Assembly (NCBI GenBank): GCA_963803415.1
Contig: CAWDMI010000002.1
Span: 2,723,512 to 2,787,511 of the forward strand
Direction of reading: 5' to 3'
Length of the DNA stretch: 64,000 bases
Origin: an uncultured delta proteobacterium
GTDB lineage: Bacteria; Desulfobacterota; Binatia; UBA9968
How positions within the stretch are numbered: position 1 is the stretch's first letter; each line of letters opens with the position of its first letter. Of the stretch, positions 39,765 to 48,496 are shown in pieces. The notes beneath the pieces are model-generated. The model was not told the origin of the DNA and did no database searches. It saw only the letters and a program-made list of their open reading frames with translations. The position numbers were made by a program, and so were the translations under genes.

Positions 39765-40592
39765 TTATATCCCTATTTCAACCGCATTTAACCGCGTGGA
39801 ACGGTTTGGCTTTCTGGCAAAGAAATTGACCCCGCGCGGCCTCAGGTCCTTGGAAAGCTTTGCAAGCGCCGAGGTGTCGCGATAGGAGTCGAAGCGTTCG
39901 ACGATGCGGCCGTCTTCAAATCCTACTGCCGCGGTCAGCTCTAGTAGCTCCGCCTCCGGCAGAGCGCCGGCAATTCAAGCCGCCCAGAGGTCAACGTCAC
40001 TGCGGGCCTGGAGGGAGAGATCCCTTTGAACCGCGACGTCCGCGAGGTAAAGACGCCCGCCGGGTCGGAGCACCCGAAAGACCTCGCGAAAAGCGCGGTC
40101 TTTGTCCGGCAAGAGGTTAATGACGCCGTTGGAAATGACCACGTCGACGCTTTCGTCTGGGGGCGGCAAATGCTCCGCAACACCCGGGCGGACATCGACG
40201 ACCTTCCACAGGCCGGCCTCCACTGCAGTTGCCCGCGCGCGCTCGCACATGGCGAGGGTCATGTCCACCCCGATGGCCTTTCCGTTGGGCCCGACGCGCT
40301 TGGCGGCGAGCAGCAGGTCCATGCCGGCGCCACAACCTATGTCGAGCACGGTTTCACCTGGCTCGATTGGACCGATGCGGTGCGGGTTGGCCACCCCGGC
40401 AAAGCGGGCGGTAGACTCTCTAGGGAGACACTCCAGCTCCTGCCGATCGTAAAGAAGCAAGTCACACGCGTAATCCAGTCCGGTATGAAAGTGAAACTGC
40501 CCATCGGGGTGATGCGCGACCTCCTCGTATGTTTTCTTCACTTCCTGCTGCATTCGGTTTACGTCAAATCCTATTGGGCATGTTGCTGCCAT
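39765..40592 (-). CDS. ArsM/UbiE-like class I SAM-dependent methyltransferase with an in-frame TGA (39975-39977) at a conserved Cys position. Candidate selenoprotein, or a nonsense-truncated gene.
   Basis: SAM motif VLDIGCGAGMD and the ArsM-like VISNGVINLLPDK. After the TGA the same frame continues for about 69 sense codons: IAGALPEAELLELTAAVGFEDGRIVERF... This matches the ArsM consensus W-x-G-C-I-A-G-A-L with U in place of C. Stop TAA at 39765. Confidence 0.5.
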
Positions 40593-40720
40593 GGGTTCCT
40601 CCGATATTGCTCATTTCTTCTTGCGCTGACACGATCCGCCCCATCGGCGTGTCCCGGTCACCGTGGAGCCTTAGCATCACCATAGCGACCTGAGATAAGC
40701 TGTTGTTCTAGCCGGTCAGC

Positions 40721-41641
40721 TCAGCCCTTGGGTGTAATCTTTCCGGTGAATGACTGGGCCACGATCTTCCCGTCCCGCACGACGAACGTGTCGGTGCCTA
40801 CCTCGTACACGTTGTCGGCAGTCTCTGCGGTCCACAGAATATAAGCATAGTCGCCCTCGATGAACTGCTGCTTCATGTTGAACGCTGCGCCAGGTTTTCC
40901 GAACTCCGCAATCATCGCCTGGAACAACGGCCTGATCGCGTCGGCTCCCCTGAGCGGTCCGTCCGATGTGAACAGGACGGCACCCGGCGCATAGTCAGAT
41001 AGAATACCCTTGAGGTCGCCCTCGCCAAAACACTTTAAGTGGTGGTCTAGAACCTCTTTCGTCAAAGCCATTTCTCTGTCCTCCTTTTCCTCGAGGTGTA
41101 GCGGTTTCCGCAGCATCGGAAACAGGGGAGGTGATGAGCCGACCTGAATCGTGCCGGCTACTTCAAAGCCATGCCGCTGATAAAGCGGAACACTTTTTGG
41201 GCTCGACGATTCGAGATAGGCGAGTTTACCCTCGCGATCGCACCGTTGAAGCGCATGTTTCAGCAGCGCCGAGCCGTAGCCATTGCCTTGTTTGGCAGGA
41301 TCGACGCCGATCATCGGCAAATACCAATGAGGCTCGGATGGATGACAGCTATCCATCTGCTGGATAAAGGCAAAGACCTCTTGTTGGTTTTCCTCTGGAA
41401 TAGTCCGTTGAAGCAAGGCGATCATGGCGGTTTCGTCGGGGTAGACTCCCGGCGGGAGCCAAAGCGCCGCACCCAGGTAACCGTCAACATAATAAGCGCT
41501 ATTCTGTTCAAAGGCTTTGCCAGCGAATGCCCGTACGAAGCTCGGTACATGGAGCAAATATTGCTGCGGATCGGGATAGAACCAACGGGCTACGGGATCC
41601 GCGCCCGATGATGCTACCGTTTTGATTGTTGGTTTGGTCAT
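40721..41641 (-). CDS. GNAT N-acetyltransferase fused to a C-terminal NTF2/SnoaL-like domain
   Basis: GNAT motif QGNGYGSALLKHAL...YLESS; the C-terminal 110 aa show a SnoaL_2-like pattern. Confidence 0.65.
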   Translation of the reverse strand: MTKPTIKTVASSGADPVARWFYPDPQQYLLHVPSFVRAFAGKAFEQNSAYYVDGYLGAALWLPPGVYPDETAMIALLQRTIPEENQQEVFAFIQQMDSCHPSEPHWYLPMIGVDPAKQGNGYGSALLKHALQRCDREGKLAYLESSSPKSVPLYQRHGFEVAGTIQVGSSPPLFPMLRKPLHLEEKEDREMALTKEVLDHHLKCFGEGDLKGILSDYAPGAVLFTSDGPLRGADAIRPLFQAMIAEFGKPGAAFNMKQQFIEGDYAYILWTAETADNVYEVGTDTFVVRDGKIVAQSFTGKITPKG

Positions 41642-41795
41642 GGTTTTCTCCGCACTGATCGATTCGCATTGCCTCTAACCAATGTCCATAAAACGACGAT
41701 GAGCGCAACAAATATGAAAGCGTCCATAACAATCCCGTGTTGCTCCCGCCGGAAGCGGCGTGTTGATCCGCCGCTCCCAGCGCTTGATTGGCTCC

Positions 41796-42707
41796 TTAGC
41801 AGAATGCCGGTGCCATGGCCTCGATTTGCTTTCTCCCCTCGGGCGAGATCTGGCCGACCGTGGCGAGAAAGTTCGGGTGCGTCATGCCGGTGCCCAGATA
41901 AGTCCAGCGCATTCCCTTGAGCACCGCGTTTGTGACCTGCTCGCGCTCGCTCCGGGACAGGTTTCGCCCGGTGGCTTGAACGAAGCTCTCAACGTCAAAT
42001 TCCGCTTGCTGCTTGATCCCGTTATCCAGAAAGCCGCCGATTTCGGCGTATTCCTGAATGCCTTGATCGATTTCTTTTTGCGTCGCATTGGCCACGACAG
42101 ACTCCACCATCAAAGTGTCGAGCTTGGTGTGCTGCGATTCCTCTGCCCAGTGGTGCTTGAGCAAGCTTTTGAACTGCGGGTCGAGGTCCTGGTTGTCGCG
42201 GACGCCTTCGATGTAGTGCCTGAGCGTGCTCCATTCGATGTGGAGAATCGCAATGCCGACGCCCAACGGGCTATGCGACATAACGAAGCGGCTCACGTCT
42301 TCCGCCGGACCGATGAAATCGCATTTGCTGCCGAAACCTGCTTCGAACTCCTGGCGGAAGCGCTTGAAAAGATGAATATGCTTGGCTTCCTCGCCTGCGA
42401 ACTTTAGCAGCGCGCGCACCCGGTAATCGTCTCCCGAGAGTTGCGGCCGGACATGGTCGACGACGTAAGGGAGAATAAACTCCTCGACAAGGCCGAATAT
42501 GGAGAGGTATTCGTGGCCTCTGATCTGATTCAGCGTTTTCTGTTCCTCCAGGGTCAAAAAAGAAAATTGCGTTACTTGCGCCAGCGACTCCGGCATAAAG
42601 GGTTTGCTGAAGTCGAGTTTCTTGTCGCCGCCGATAATATCTTCAATCTTCCAGTTTACCCGCTCGGAAGCTTCAAGCGCCGATTGGTATGAGTAATTGT
42701 GTGCCAT
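41796..42707 (-). CDS. Ferritin-like diiron-carboxylate oxygenase (AurF-like N-oxygenase family)
   Basis: Two E..H motifs (EEAKHIHLF, AEESQHTKL) plus additional Glu ligands; length about 300 aa. Confidence 0.45.
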   Translation of the reverse strand: MAHNYSYQSALEASERVNWKIEDIIGGDKKLDFSKPFMPESLAQVTQFSFLTLEEQKTLNQIRGHEYLSIFGLVEEFILPYVVDHVRPQLSGDDYRVRALLKFAGEEAKHIHLFKRFRQEFEAGFGSKCDFIGPAEDVSRFVMSHSPLGVGIAILHIEWSTLRHYIEGVRDNQDLDPQFKSLLKHHWAEESQHTKLDTLMVESVVANATQKEIDQGIQEYAEIGGFLDNGIKQQAEFDVESFVQATGRNLSRSEREQVTNAVLKGMRWTYLGTGMTHPNFLATVGQISPEGRKQIEAMAPAFC

Positions 42708-42837
42708 TGTCTTATCCTCCTTTTGCTTTGGTTAACGTGATGAAACCGAGTAGAGCAGGAGGTGTGCCACTTTGTCGGAAATGCCTTTTGCTAGTAACAT
42801 TGGAGACTTAGGAGAATGGCGGCGCGCTCGGGCGCTC

Positions 42838-42886
42838 GCGAGATCTCGCAAGTTACGAGATCTCACGACGATAAATGCGAGATCTC
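42838..42886. promoter_or_regulatory. Array of three palindromic GAGATCTC sites (GCGAGATCTCGC, CGAGATCTCACG, GCGAGATCTCACG), likely operator sites upstream of the diiron oxygenase gene
   Basis: Read directly; centre-to-centre spacing 17 and 22 bp. Confidence 0.4.
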
Positions 42887-42950
42887 ACGTTTGACGGGCA
42901 GGCGAAACTCGCGGGTCCCGTTGGAGGGAGTCGAACCACTGCAGGGCTCG

Positions 42951-43241
42951 CTAGCGGGTCCGGTTGTACACGTAGTCCTCGCGCTCGCCTTTGCCAACGC
43001 GCAGATCGGTCGGAGACGGAGGACGAGTGCGGTTCAATCGGGCATGCACGTCTAATGCGGCCTGATCCGCCCAGCGCTCGAGTACCACAACCTTGTCCGG
43101 ATCCATGACGCTCTGGAAGGCCTCGAACTGTTCGCAGCCCGGCTCTTTCATCGCCTCCGCGCAGCGAGCCCTATACCGCTGCGCAAGTTCGGAGCCCTTA
43201 CCCGGTGCCGCTGTGATCGTCAGAACAATGCGTACTGCCAT
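42951..43241 (-). CDS. Antibiotic-biosynthesis-monooxygenase (ABM) domain protein / putative quinol monooxygenase
   Basis: 96 aa with the ABM ferredoxin-like pattern (RIVLTITAAPGKGSEL...FEAFQSVMDPDKVVVLERW). Confidence 0.7.
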   Translation of the reverse strand: MAVRIVLTITAAPGKGSELAQRYRARCAEAMKEPGCEQFEAFQSVMDPDKVVVLERWADQAALDVHARLNRTRPPSPTDLRVGKGEREDYVYNRTR

Positions 43242-43858
43242 GGTGTCTTCCTTTCAACGGGCCATTAGTGGATGTTTTGCGGGGCATCTGCTGTAAACGA
43301 CGTCATACTTATCGAGGAGCTCTCGTAAGGCATGCTTGTGTTTGTCAAAAACACTCGTGAACGAGGAGACCTCGATCTCAGCTCTGCATGGCCGGGGGAT
43401 TATTGCTGTTCCAAATGTCGCGCGCCATTCCCCAGGCGATTTGTGTATAATCTTTTTCGCCGGTTAACAACCGGTGGCCCAGATAATTCACAACGAGCGC
43501 GACCGAAGCGCATCAAACGGGGCAGAGCCACGCGGTCGTGGTATCGGGCACTGCGGTATGGAAGGGCGGCCAACCAAGTCCCGCGCTGAGACGGCGTGTT
43601 TTGCATGCGGTCGCCCTGATGAAGGAGCGACGTGCCGCTACGAGGACCAGCGTCACGTGTTCGGCCTCGATGCCGCCGACCCCATGTTGTCCGAGAACGT
43701 CTTGCCCGAGACGATGACGGTGTGATCGTGCTCGAATCCGAGCAGGCGAAAAAACTGCTTGGCCCGTTCGACGTCACGGACCACGATTGTCACGTGGTCA
43801 AAGTTCTTTATCACCATAGGAGCTTCTTTGCGCGATCGGGCTCACTCTGTTTTAGACC

Positions 43859-44397
43859 TCAGTCGCTTTCCTGGTACCATCCGTAATCTCGTCCGTTCCA
43901 GTAGAGGAGCGCGCTTGCCGACTCCGACTTCGCCACCCATAGCGCGTCGCCGCGCAGCTGCAACGCGCGCTTCTCCCAGGGACTCTGCTTCACCGCTCCT
44001 TTTGGATACAGGGTCCAGTTGTCCATCCATGCGAAGTCAGGGCCTCCGTTATTCATCGATCGGCCAGCACCGAGCACAAAAGCGCGTTTTGTGCCCCGAT
44101 GAATCACCGCGATACCGATCTGTCCGGTTGCGACGTTGCGCACCAAGATCGCCGTATCAGTTTGATGGTCGCCGTCGAAGTCACCGAGGATGAAGAACGG
44201 GTTTAAGTGAAATGAGGGTTCGTACTACTTCTGCAGGCCGTGATTGCTTGCGAACTCGCATACCCACCGTGGAAGGTTTGCGCGCATGGAGGACTCGGTC
44301 GGCGCGCCCTGGCGATAGTCACACCAGCCAGGTTCTGCTGCGAGGCTAGGCGACCTGAAGCAGAACAGCAGGAGCAGAGTTACGAGGGCGGATCGCA
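43859..44397 (-). pseudogene. Secreted FG-GAP/VCBS-like repeat protein interrupted by an in-frame TAG (about 44225-44227)
   Basis: Hand translation gives a signal peptide MRSALVTLLLLFCFRSPSLAAEP...NHGLQK*. Immediately after the stop it reads in frame YEPSFHLNPFFILGDFDGDHQTD..., an FG-GAP-like Ca-binding motif. Confidence 0.4.
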
Positions 44398-45324
44398 TGG
44401 TTATACGCGCGGAAACAACACCTTGCGCCGGTACAGCCTGTCAAACTTGGCTCTAGTGCTCTGGATTTCCACTCAGTTCGTCGAGAAAGCGTTGCTTCTG
44501 CCAGGAATTCTGCGCCGCTGCCGCCGAGCGCTTTAAGCCCCCCGGGAATCCAGAGATAGCGCTCCCCTTCGGGCCGGGTATCGAGATCGATGATCAGAGT
44601 GGCAAGTTTCTCCTGAGCATCAGGGAGGAGAAAACGAGTAAAGTTTTTGCCCGCGACGTTGGCGCCGGCGCAGCCAAATATCTTCTCTGCCGCGGGATTC
44701 ATCCGTGTCACCTGGAGTTGCTGGTCTAGCTCAATAATCCCATCCAGCGCGCTATCGAACAGCCGGCGCAGTTTCTTCTCACGTTCCCGCACTTGTCGTT
44801 CAGCACGCATGCGCTGCAGCTCCGCGGCGGCGCGCGCCGCAAAGATACGAGACAATGCAAGACCCCGCGGCTCTTCCGGAATGGGGCGCCGATCGAGAAC
44901 TGCCAGGTGGCCCGAAGATCTTGCCGTCGACATCGAGCAAGGGAACCCCGAGATAGCTAACGGCGCCTATGGGTTTGAGGTCCGGATCGTCAGGGTAGAG
45001 TTGGATGACGTTATCCCGAATGTGGACGAGCCGGCACTCTTCAAACACGGGTTCGCAAGGAGTACCGGCGATATCGTATTCGTAGTCGGGGACGAGACGG
45101 TCCCCTAACCAGAAAGCTACGGCGCGCAGGCGGCGCGCGTGGCCATCAGTGATGGTAACCCACGCACCGTGGGTGGCGAGCGCCTTTGCCAGGTGTTCGA
45201 CCAGCGCGGCAAAAAAATCTTCGCCTGTCTCTTTCGCCGTTCCTTCAACGATCTGGCGCAGCGCCGCGGCCTCGACGAGGCCGCGCAAACCAATCATTTC
45301 CTTCGTGTCTTCTTTGCCCGGCAT
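44346..45324 (-). pseudogene. GAF-PAS sensor protein fragment with a 1-bp frameshift (about 44890) and no output domain
   Basis: ORF 44800..45324 is a GAF domain (LLDVDGKIF...). ORF 44346..44933 continues ...GHLAVLDRRP..., then a PAS domain (RRLFDSALDGIIELD...). Joining them requires deleting one G from a ggg run. Confidence 0.45.
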
Positions 45325-45613
45325 CTTTGGGAGAGAGCGAGATATCGCGAAAGAAACCCTTAAAAATTTAAAACTCGGCCTGACTTGACGACAGGGGACA
45401 ACTTGGTGACGGTATGCAGACCACAGCTTTTTCTATTAGGGCCGGGTCAGGTTGTCAATACAGTTGAGAATGTTGAGCTGAGTCGGAGCGGGAGTCCTGG
45501 TGGGGTGTCCTATACCTGTCGATTAAGCACAAGTTCTTGTAAACGGCTAATCGTGGCAGGGAACGATTCGTGTAAATTCACGAACACGAGCACGAACACG
45601 AGTCACGTATCTG

Positions 45614-45862
45614 TCACTTTTTACCCTTAAAGTAGTCCGCGTTGATTTGAATGTAGTGCTGCCACTTTTCCGGGACTTTGTCGGCCGGAAAAATGGCTTC
45701 CACCGGACAAACCGGCACGCAGCCGTCACAGTCGATGCACTCATCGGGATCGATGTAGAGCATCGTGTCCTTATCAGTGCCGTGAATGCAATCCATCGGG
45801 CAAACATCGATGCAAGCCTTGTCCTTAACGTCAATGCAAGGCTCCGCGATTACAAATGCCAT
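45614..45862 (-). CDS. fdxA: 7Fe ferredoxin (FdxA-like, [3Fe-4S][4Fe-4S])
   Basis: MAFVIAEPCIDVKDKACIDVCPMDC...CIDCDGCVPVCPVEAIF is a classic FdxA cysteine pattern. Confidence 0.85.
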   Translation of the reverse strand: MAFVIAEPCIDVKDKACIDVCPMDCIHGTDKDTMLYIDPDECIDCDGCVPVCPVEAIFPADKVPEKWQHYIQINADYFKGKK

Positions 45863-45969
45863 TGTTGGGATCTCCCCGTTTGGTAGTTGCCGCGTCAACA
45901 GACCGTTGAAAAAAACCCCTGTGCGATCTCAGTTTCGGATTTCGAGTTTAGAGTCTGGATAAACTATCG

Positions 45970-47199
45970 TCACTGTCCGACCGGCACTCCATGGGCGGCC
46001 GACTTGGTCGCATGCAGCCGCTTGTCCTGCAAGGTGGTGTGCTTCGCGTCACAGCCGGGAATACCGCAGGTCACAGCCTTCGGAGCGTTGTCGTAGCTCA
46101 ACCACTTCATGCGCTTCCAGGGCCGCTTGCCCCAGATGAGGTCATCGATCCAGAGCAGCGGTTTGACGATCAGCACGCGTAGAGGGATCGGCGTTGTCTT
46201 TACCGACCACATCGCCAAATCATGCCACCACGTGTCGGGTTTGTTGTAGCAGCACGACGAAACGCAGACCACGCAATTGGTCCATTCACCGCGGCCGGCC
46301 ATCTTGTACTTGTAACAGGTCTCGATGTTGACAAGATACTTTTCGACGCCGTTTAGAACCTCTTTCTCGCCAAAGGGAATACTGTGCGAGGGACAGGTGC
46401 GGGCGCATTTCTTGCAATATTTACAGAACTCCTCGACGCCAATATCTACCGGCTCGTCGACCGCCATGGGCAGGTCGGTGGTTACGACCGTCAGGTGCAG
46501 GCGCGAACCGTACGTCTCGTGAATCAGCATCCCGTGGCGTCCCAGCTCTCCCAAGCCGGCGTTGATCGCCAAGGGAATTGGGTTGACCGAGGACCGTCCA
46601 TGATGATGCGCGGTTGCGGGATAGCCCATCTCGCGAATGTAGGAGGCGAGCATGAAAGTGGGCACAATGGCGTGGTTATTGCCGTATTGGTATTCGGTGT
46701 CCGAGATCTTGCTGTTGTTGCTCATGTACTTGTGGTAGTCGCCCTCGTAACCCAGCACAATCGCGTAACGATGAGGAATATTGATAGGGTCACCGGGCTT
46801 TTCTCCCATCGCGGCGTTGCCGCGGGCGCGGTGCGAATAGACATAGAGCTGGTCGAGATGTGTGATCCCAGCCACGGTGGCTCCCAGGTATTTGGCTACG
46901 CCTTTGATTTGTTTTGCCATCTCAACGGGGTCGTCGACCGGAATCCGGTTGGGATTGACCTTTCCTTCTGGCGCGTCCTTCATAAGCTTCTGCAAGGTGT
47001 TGTTAGGATCGCCTTCGCCGCCGCCGCCGAAGAGTCGCCTGAAGGGATCGTTGCCGACGCGATTCTTACGCCAATCACGGAGCCGCGCTCCGAACTCGCC
47101 GCGTTCGACCTTGGGATGAGGGGTCTCGCGCTCGTCGATCTGGCGTTGGGCGCCTACAATACGGAAACTGCGTGGATTGGCCTGTTTGGATTGAAACAT
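45970..47199 (-). CDS. Corrinoid/[4Fe-4S] reductase of the reductive dehalogenase (RdhA)/QueG superfamily; no Tat signal, so probably cytoplasmic
   Basis: Two C-terminal Fe-S motifs: CKYCKKCARTCP (CxxCxxCxxxCP) and C-x13-CVVCVSSCC. The central region LGATVAGITHLDQLYVYSH is RdhA/QueG-like. The true start may be downstream, near MKDAPEG. Confidence 0.45.
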   Translation of the reverse strand: MFQSKQANPRSFRIVGAQRQIDERETPHPKVERGEFGARLRDWRKNRVGNDPFRRLFGGGGEGDPNNTLQKLMKDAPEGKVNPNRIPVDDPVEMAKQIKGVAKYLGATVAGITHLDQLYVYSHRARGNAAMGEKPGDPINIPHRYAIVLGYEGDYHKYMSNNSKISDTEYQYGNNHAIVPTFMLASYIREMGYPATAHHHGRSSVNPIPLAINAGLGELGRHGMLIHETYGSRLHLTVVTTDLPMAVDEPVDIGVEEFCKYCKKCARTCPSHSIPFGEKEVLNGVEKYLVNIETCYKYKMAGRGEWTNCVVCVSSCCYNKPDTWWHDLAMWSVKTTPIPLRVLIVKPLLWIDDLIWGKRPWKRMKWLSYDNAPKAVTCGIPGCDAKHTTLQDKRLHATKSAAHGVPVGQ

Positions 47200-47292
47200 G
47201 GAAAGCCTCCTTTTCCGTTGTGCGCAGGTGGTTAGATCGATGGGACTATACGCCGGTTAGGAAGGCGCGGTCAAGGGCCGTTCTCCGCGGCC

Positions 47293-48267
47293 TTACTTCT
47301 TCCCAACGGCCTCGGGATTGATCACGTTGATGGGCTTGCCGGCGGCATAGGCGAGAATATTCTCTACCGTCCTCCCGTAATAGGCTTCATAGGTGTCTTG
47401 CTCCACGTAGCCCAGGTGGGGCGTGCCTACGACGTTGTCCATCTTGAGCAAAGGGTGGTCGGCGCCGATCACGGGCTCGTCTTCATAAACATCTACCGCC
47501 GCAAAACCTGGCCGGCCCGCTTTCAGCGCCTCGACCAGCGCTCCTTCGGCGATGAGTCCGGCACGGCTGGTATTGACGAGGAGCGCGCTCGGCTTCATGT
47601 GCGCGAGATCCGCGCGCGTGACAATGCCGCGGGTCTCTTTATTGAGCGGCATATGCACGCACAGAATATCGGCAGCGGCGAAAAAGGCTTCGCGGCTCGG
47701 GGCAAACTCATACCCCGCTTCTCTGGCGCGCGCGGCCGATCCTTCGCGGCCCCAAATCAATACCCGCGCCCCAAACGCGCGTCCGACCTTTGCCACCATA
47801 CCGCCGATGTTGCCGAGCGCATAGATCCCCAGCGTTTTACCGTGCACGCCGACGCCGATAGTCGATTGCCAGTGCCCTTCTCGCAGTCGCTTCACCTCGT
47901 AAGGTATGTGACGCAAGGCGGATAGGATCAGCCCCCAGGCGAGTTCCGCGGTCGTGTGGGGTCTGCCGCCGCCGCGAGCGGAAATAATGATGCCGTGCTC
48001 GGTGCACGCCGCGACATCAATGTGGCTCGTGTTGCCTCCGGTCTGGCTGATGAACCTGAGCTTGGGCAGGCGCTCGATTACCTGCCGAGGAAAGCGCGAG
48101 CGCTGCTGGGTTAGAAGAACGACTTCCGCGTCCTTCAGCCGCTCGGCCAGCCGCGCTGGATCTTTTTCGGTGTCGTTGTAGACTACAACCTCGTGGTCTT
48201 TGAGCTTGGGATAGCACTTAAGCGTGCGAAACGCGTTCTGATAATCGTCGATTACGGTAATCTTCAT
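47293..48267 (-). CDS. D-isomer-specific 2-hydroxyacid dehydrogenase (NAD-binding)
   Basis: GxGxxG motif GIYALGNIGGMVA; catalytic region VNTSRAGL...VGTPHLG. Confidence 0.8.
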   Translation of the reverse strand: MKITVIDDYQNAFRTLKCYPKLKDHEVVVYNDTEKDPARLAERLKDAEVVLLTQQRSRFPRQVIERLPKLRFISQTGGNTSHIDVAACTEHGIIISARGGGRPHTTAELAWGLILSALRHIPYEVKRLREGHWQSTIGVGVHGKTLGIYALGNIGGMVAKVGRAFGARVLIWGREGSAARAREAGYEFAPSREAFFAAADILCVHMPLNKETRGIVTRADLAHMKPSALLVNTSRAGLIAEGALVEALKAGRPGFAAVDVYEDEPVIGADHPLLKMDNVVGTPHLGYVEQDTYEAYYGRTVENILAYAAGKPINVINPEAVGKK

Positions 48268-48496
48268 AGCAATCCTTTCTGATGGGGGCACTATTTGCTT
48301 TGTGCGTGAAATTACTGACTATCACGTGCCGGTGTCAACCCCTTCAGGGTTTTTTCCCATCGCTCTTGATTGTCCGCTGCCAGTCCAACGTGGTTGACGC
48401 GCTTGTCAAGTTTTGCATAGTCTCAGCAAGTTGCCGATACCGCAGCCGGGTGCGGAGTGAGATGCCGGCTCGGGGTGTCGGCGGGAGAAGAGATCA

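Noticed and set aside
44225-44227. In-frame TAG as pyrrolysine
   Set aside because: No pyl genes or context are present. A nonsense mutation or a sequencing error is far more likely.
46384-47235. 283-aa plus-strand ORF
   Set aside because: It is antisense to the RdhA/QueG-like gene, whose Fe-S motifs establish the true frame.
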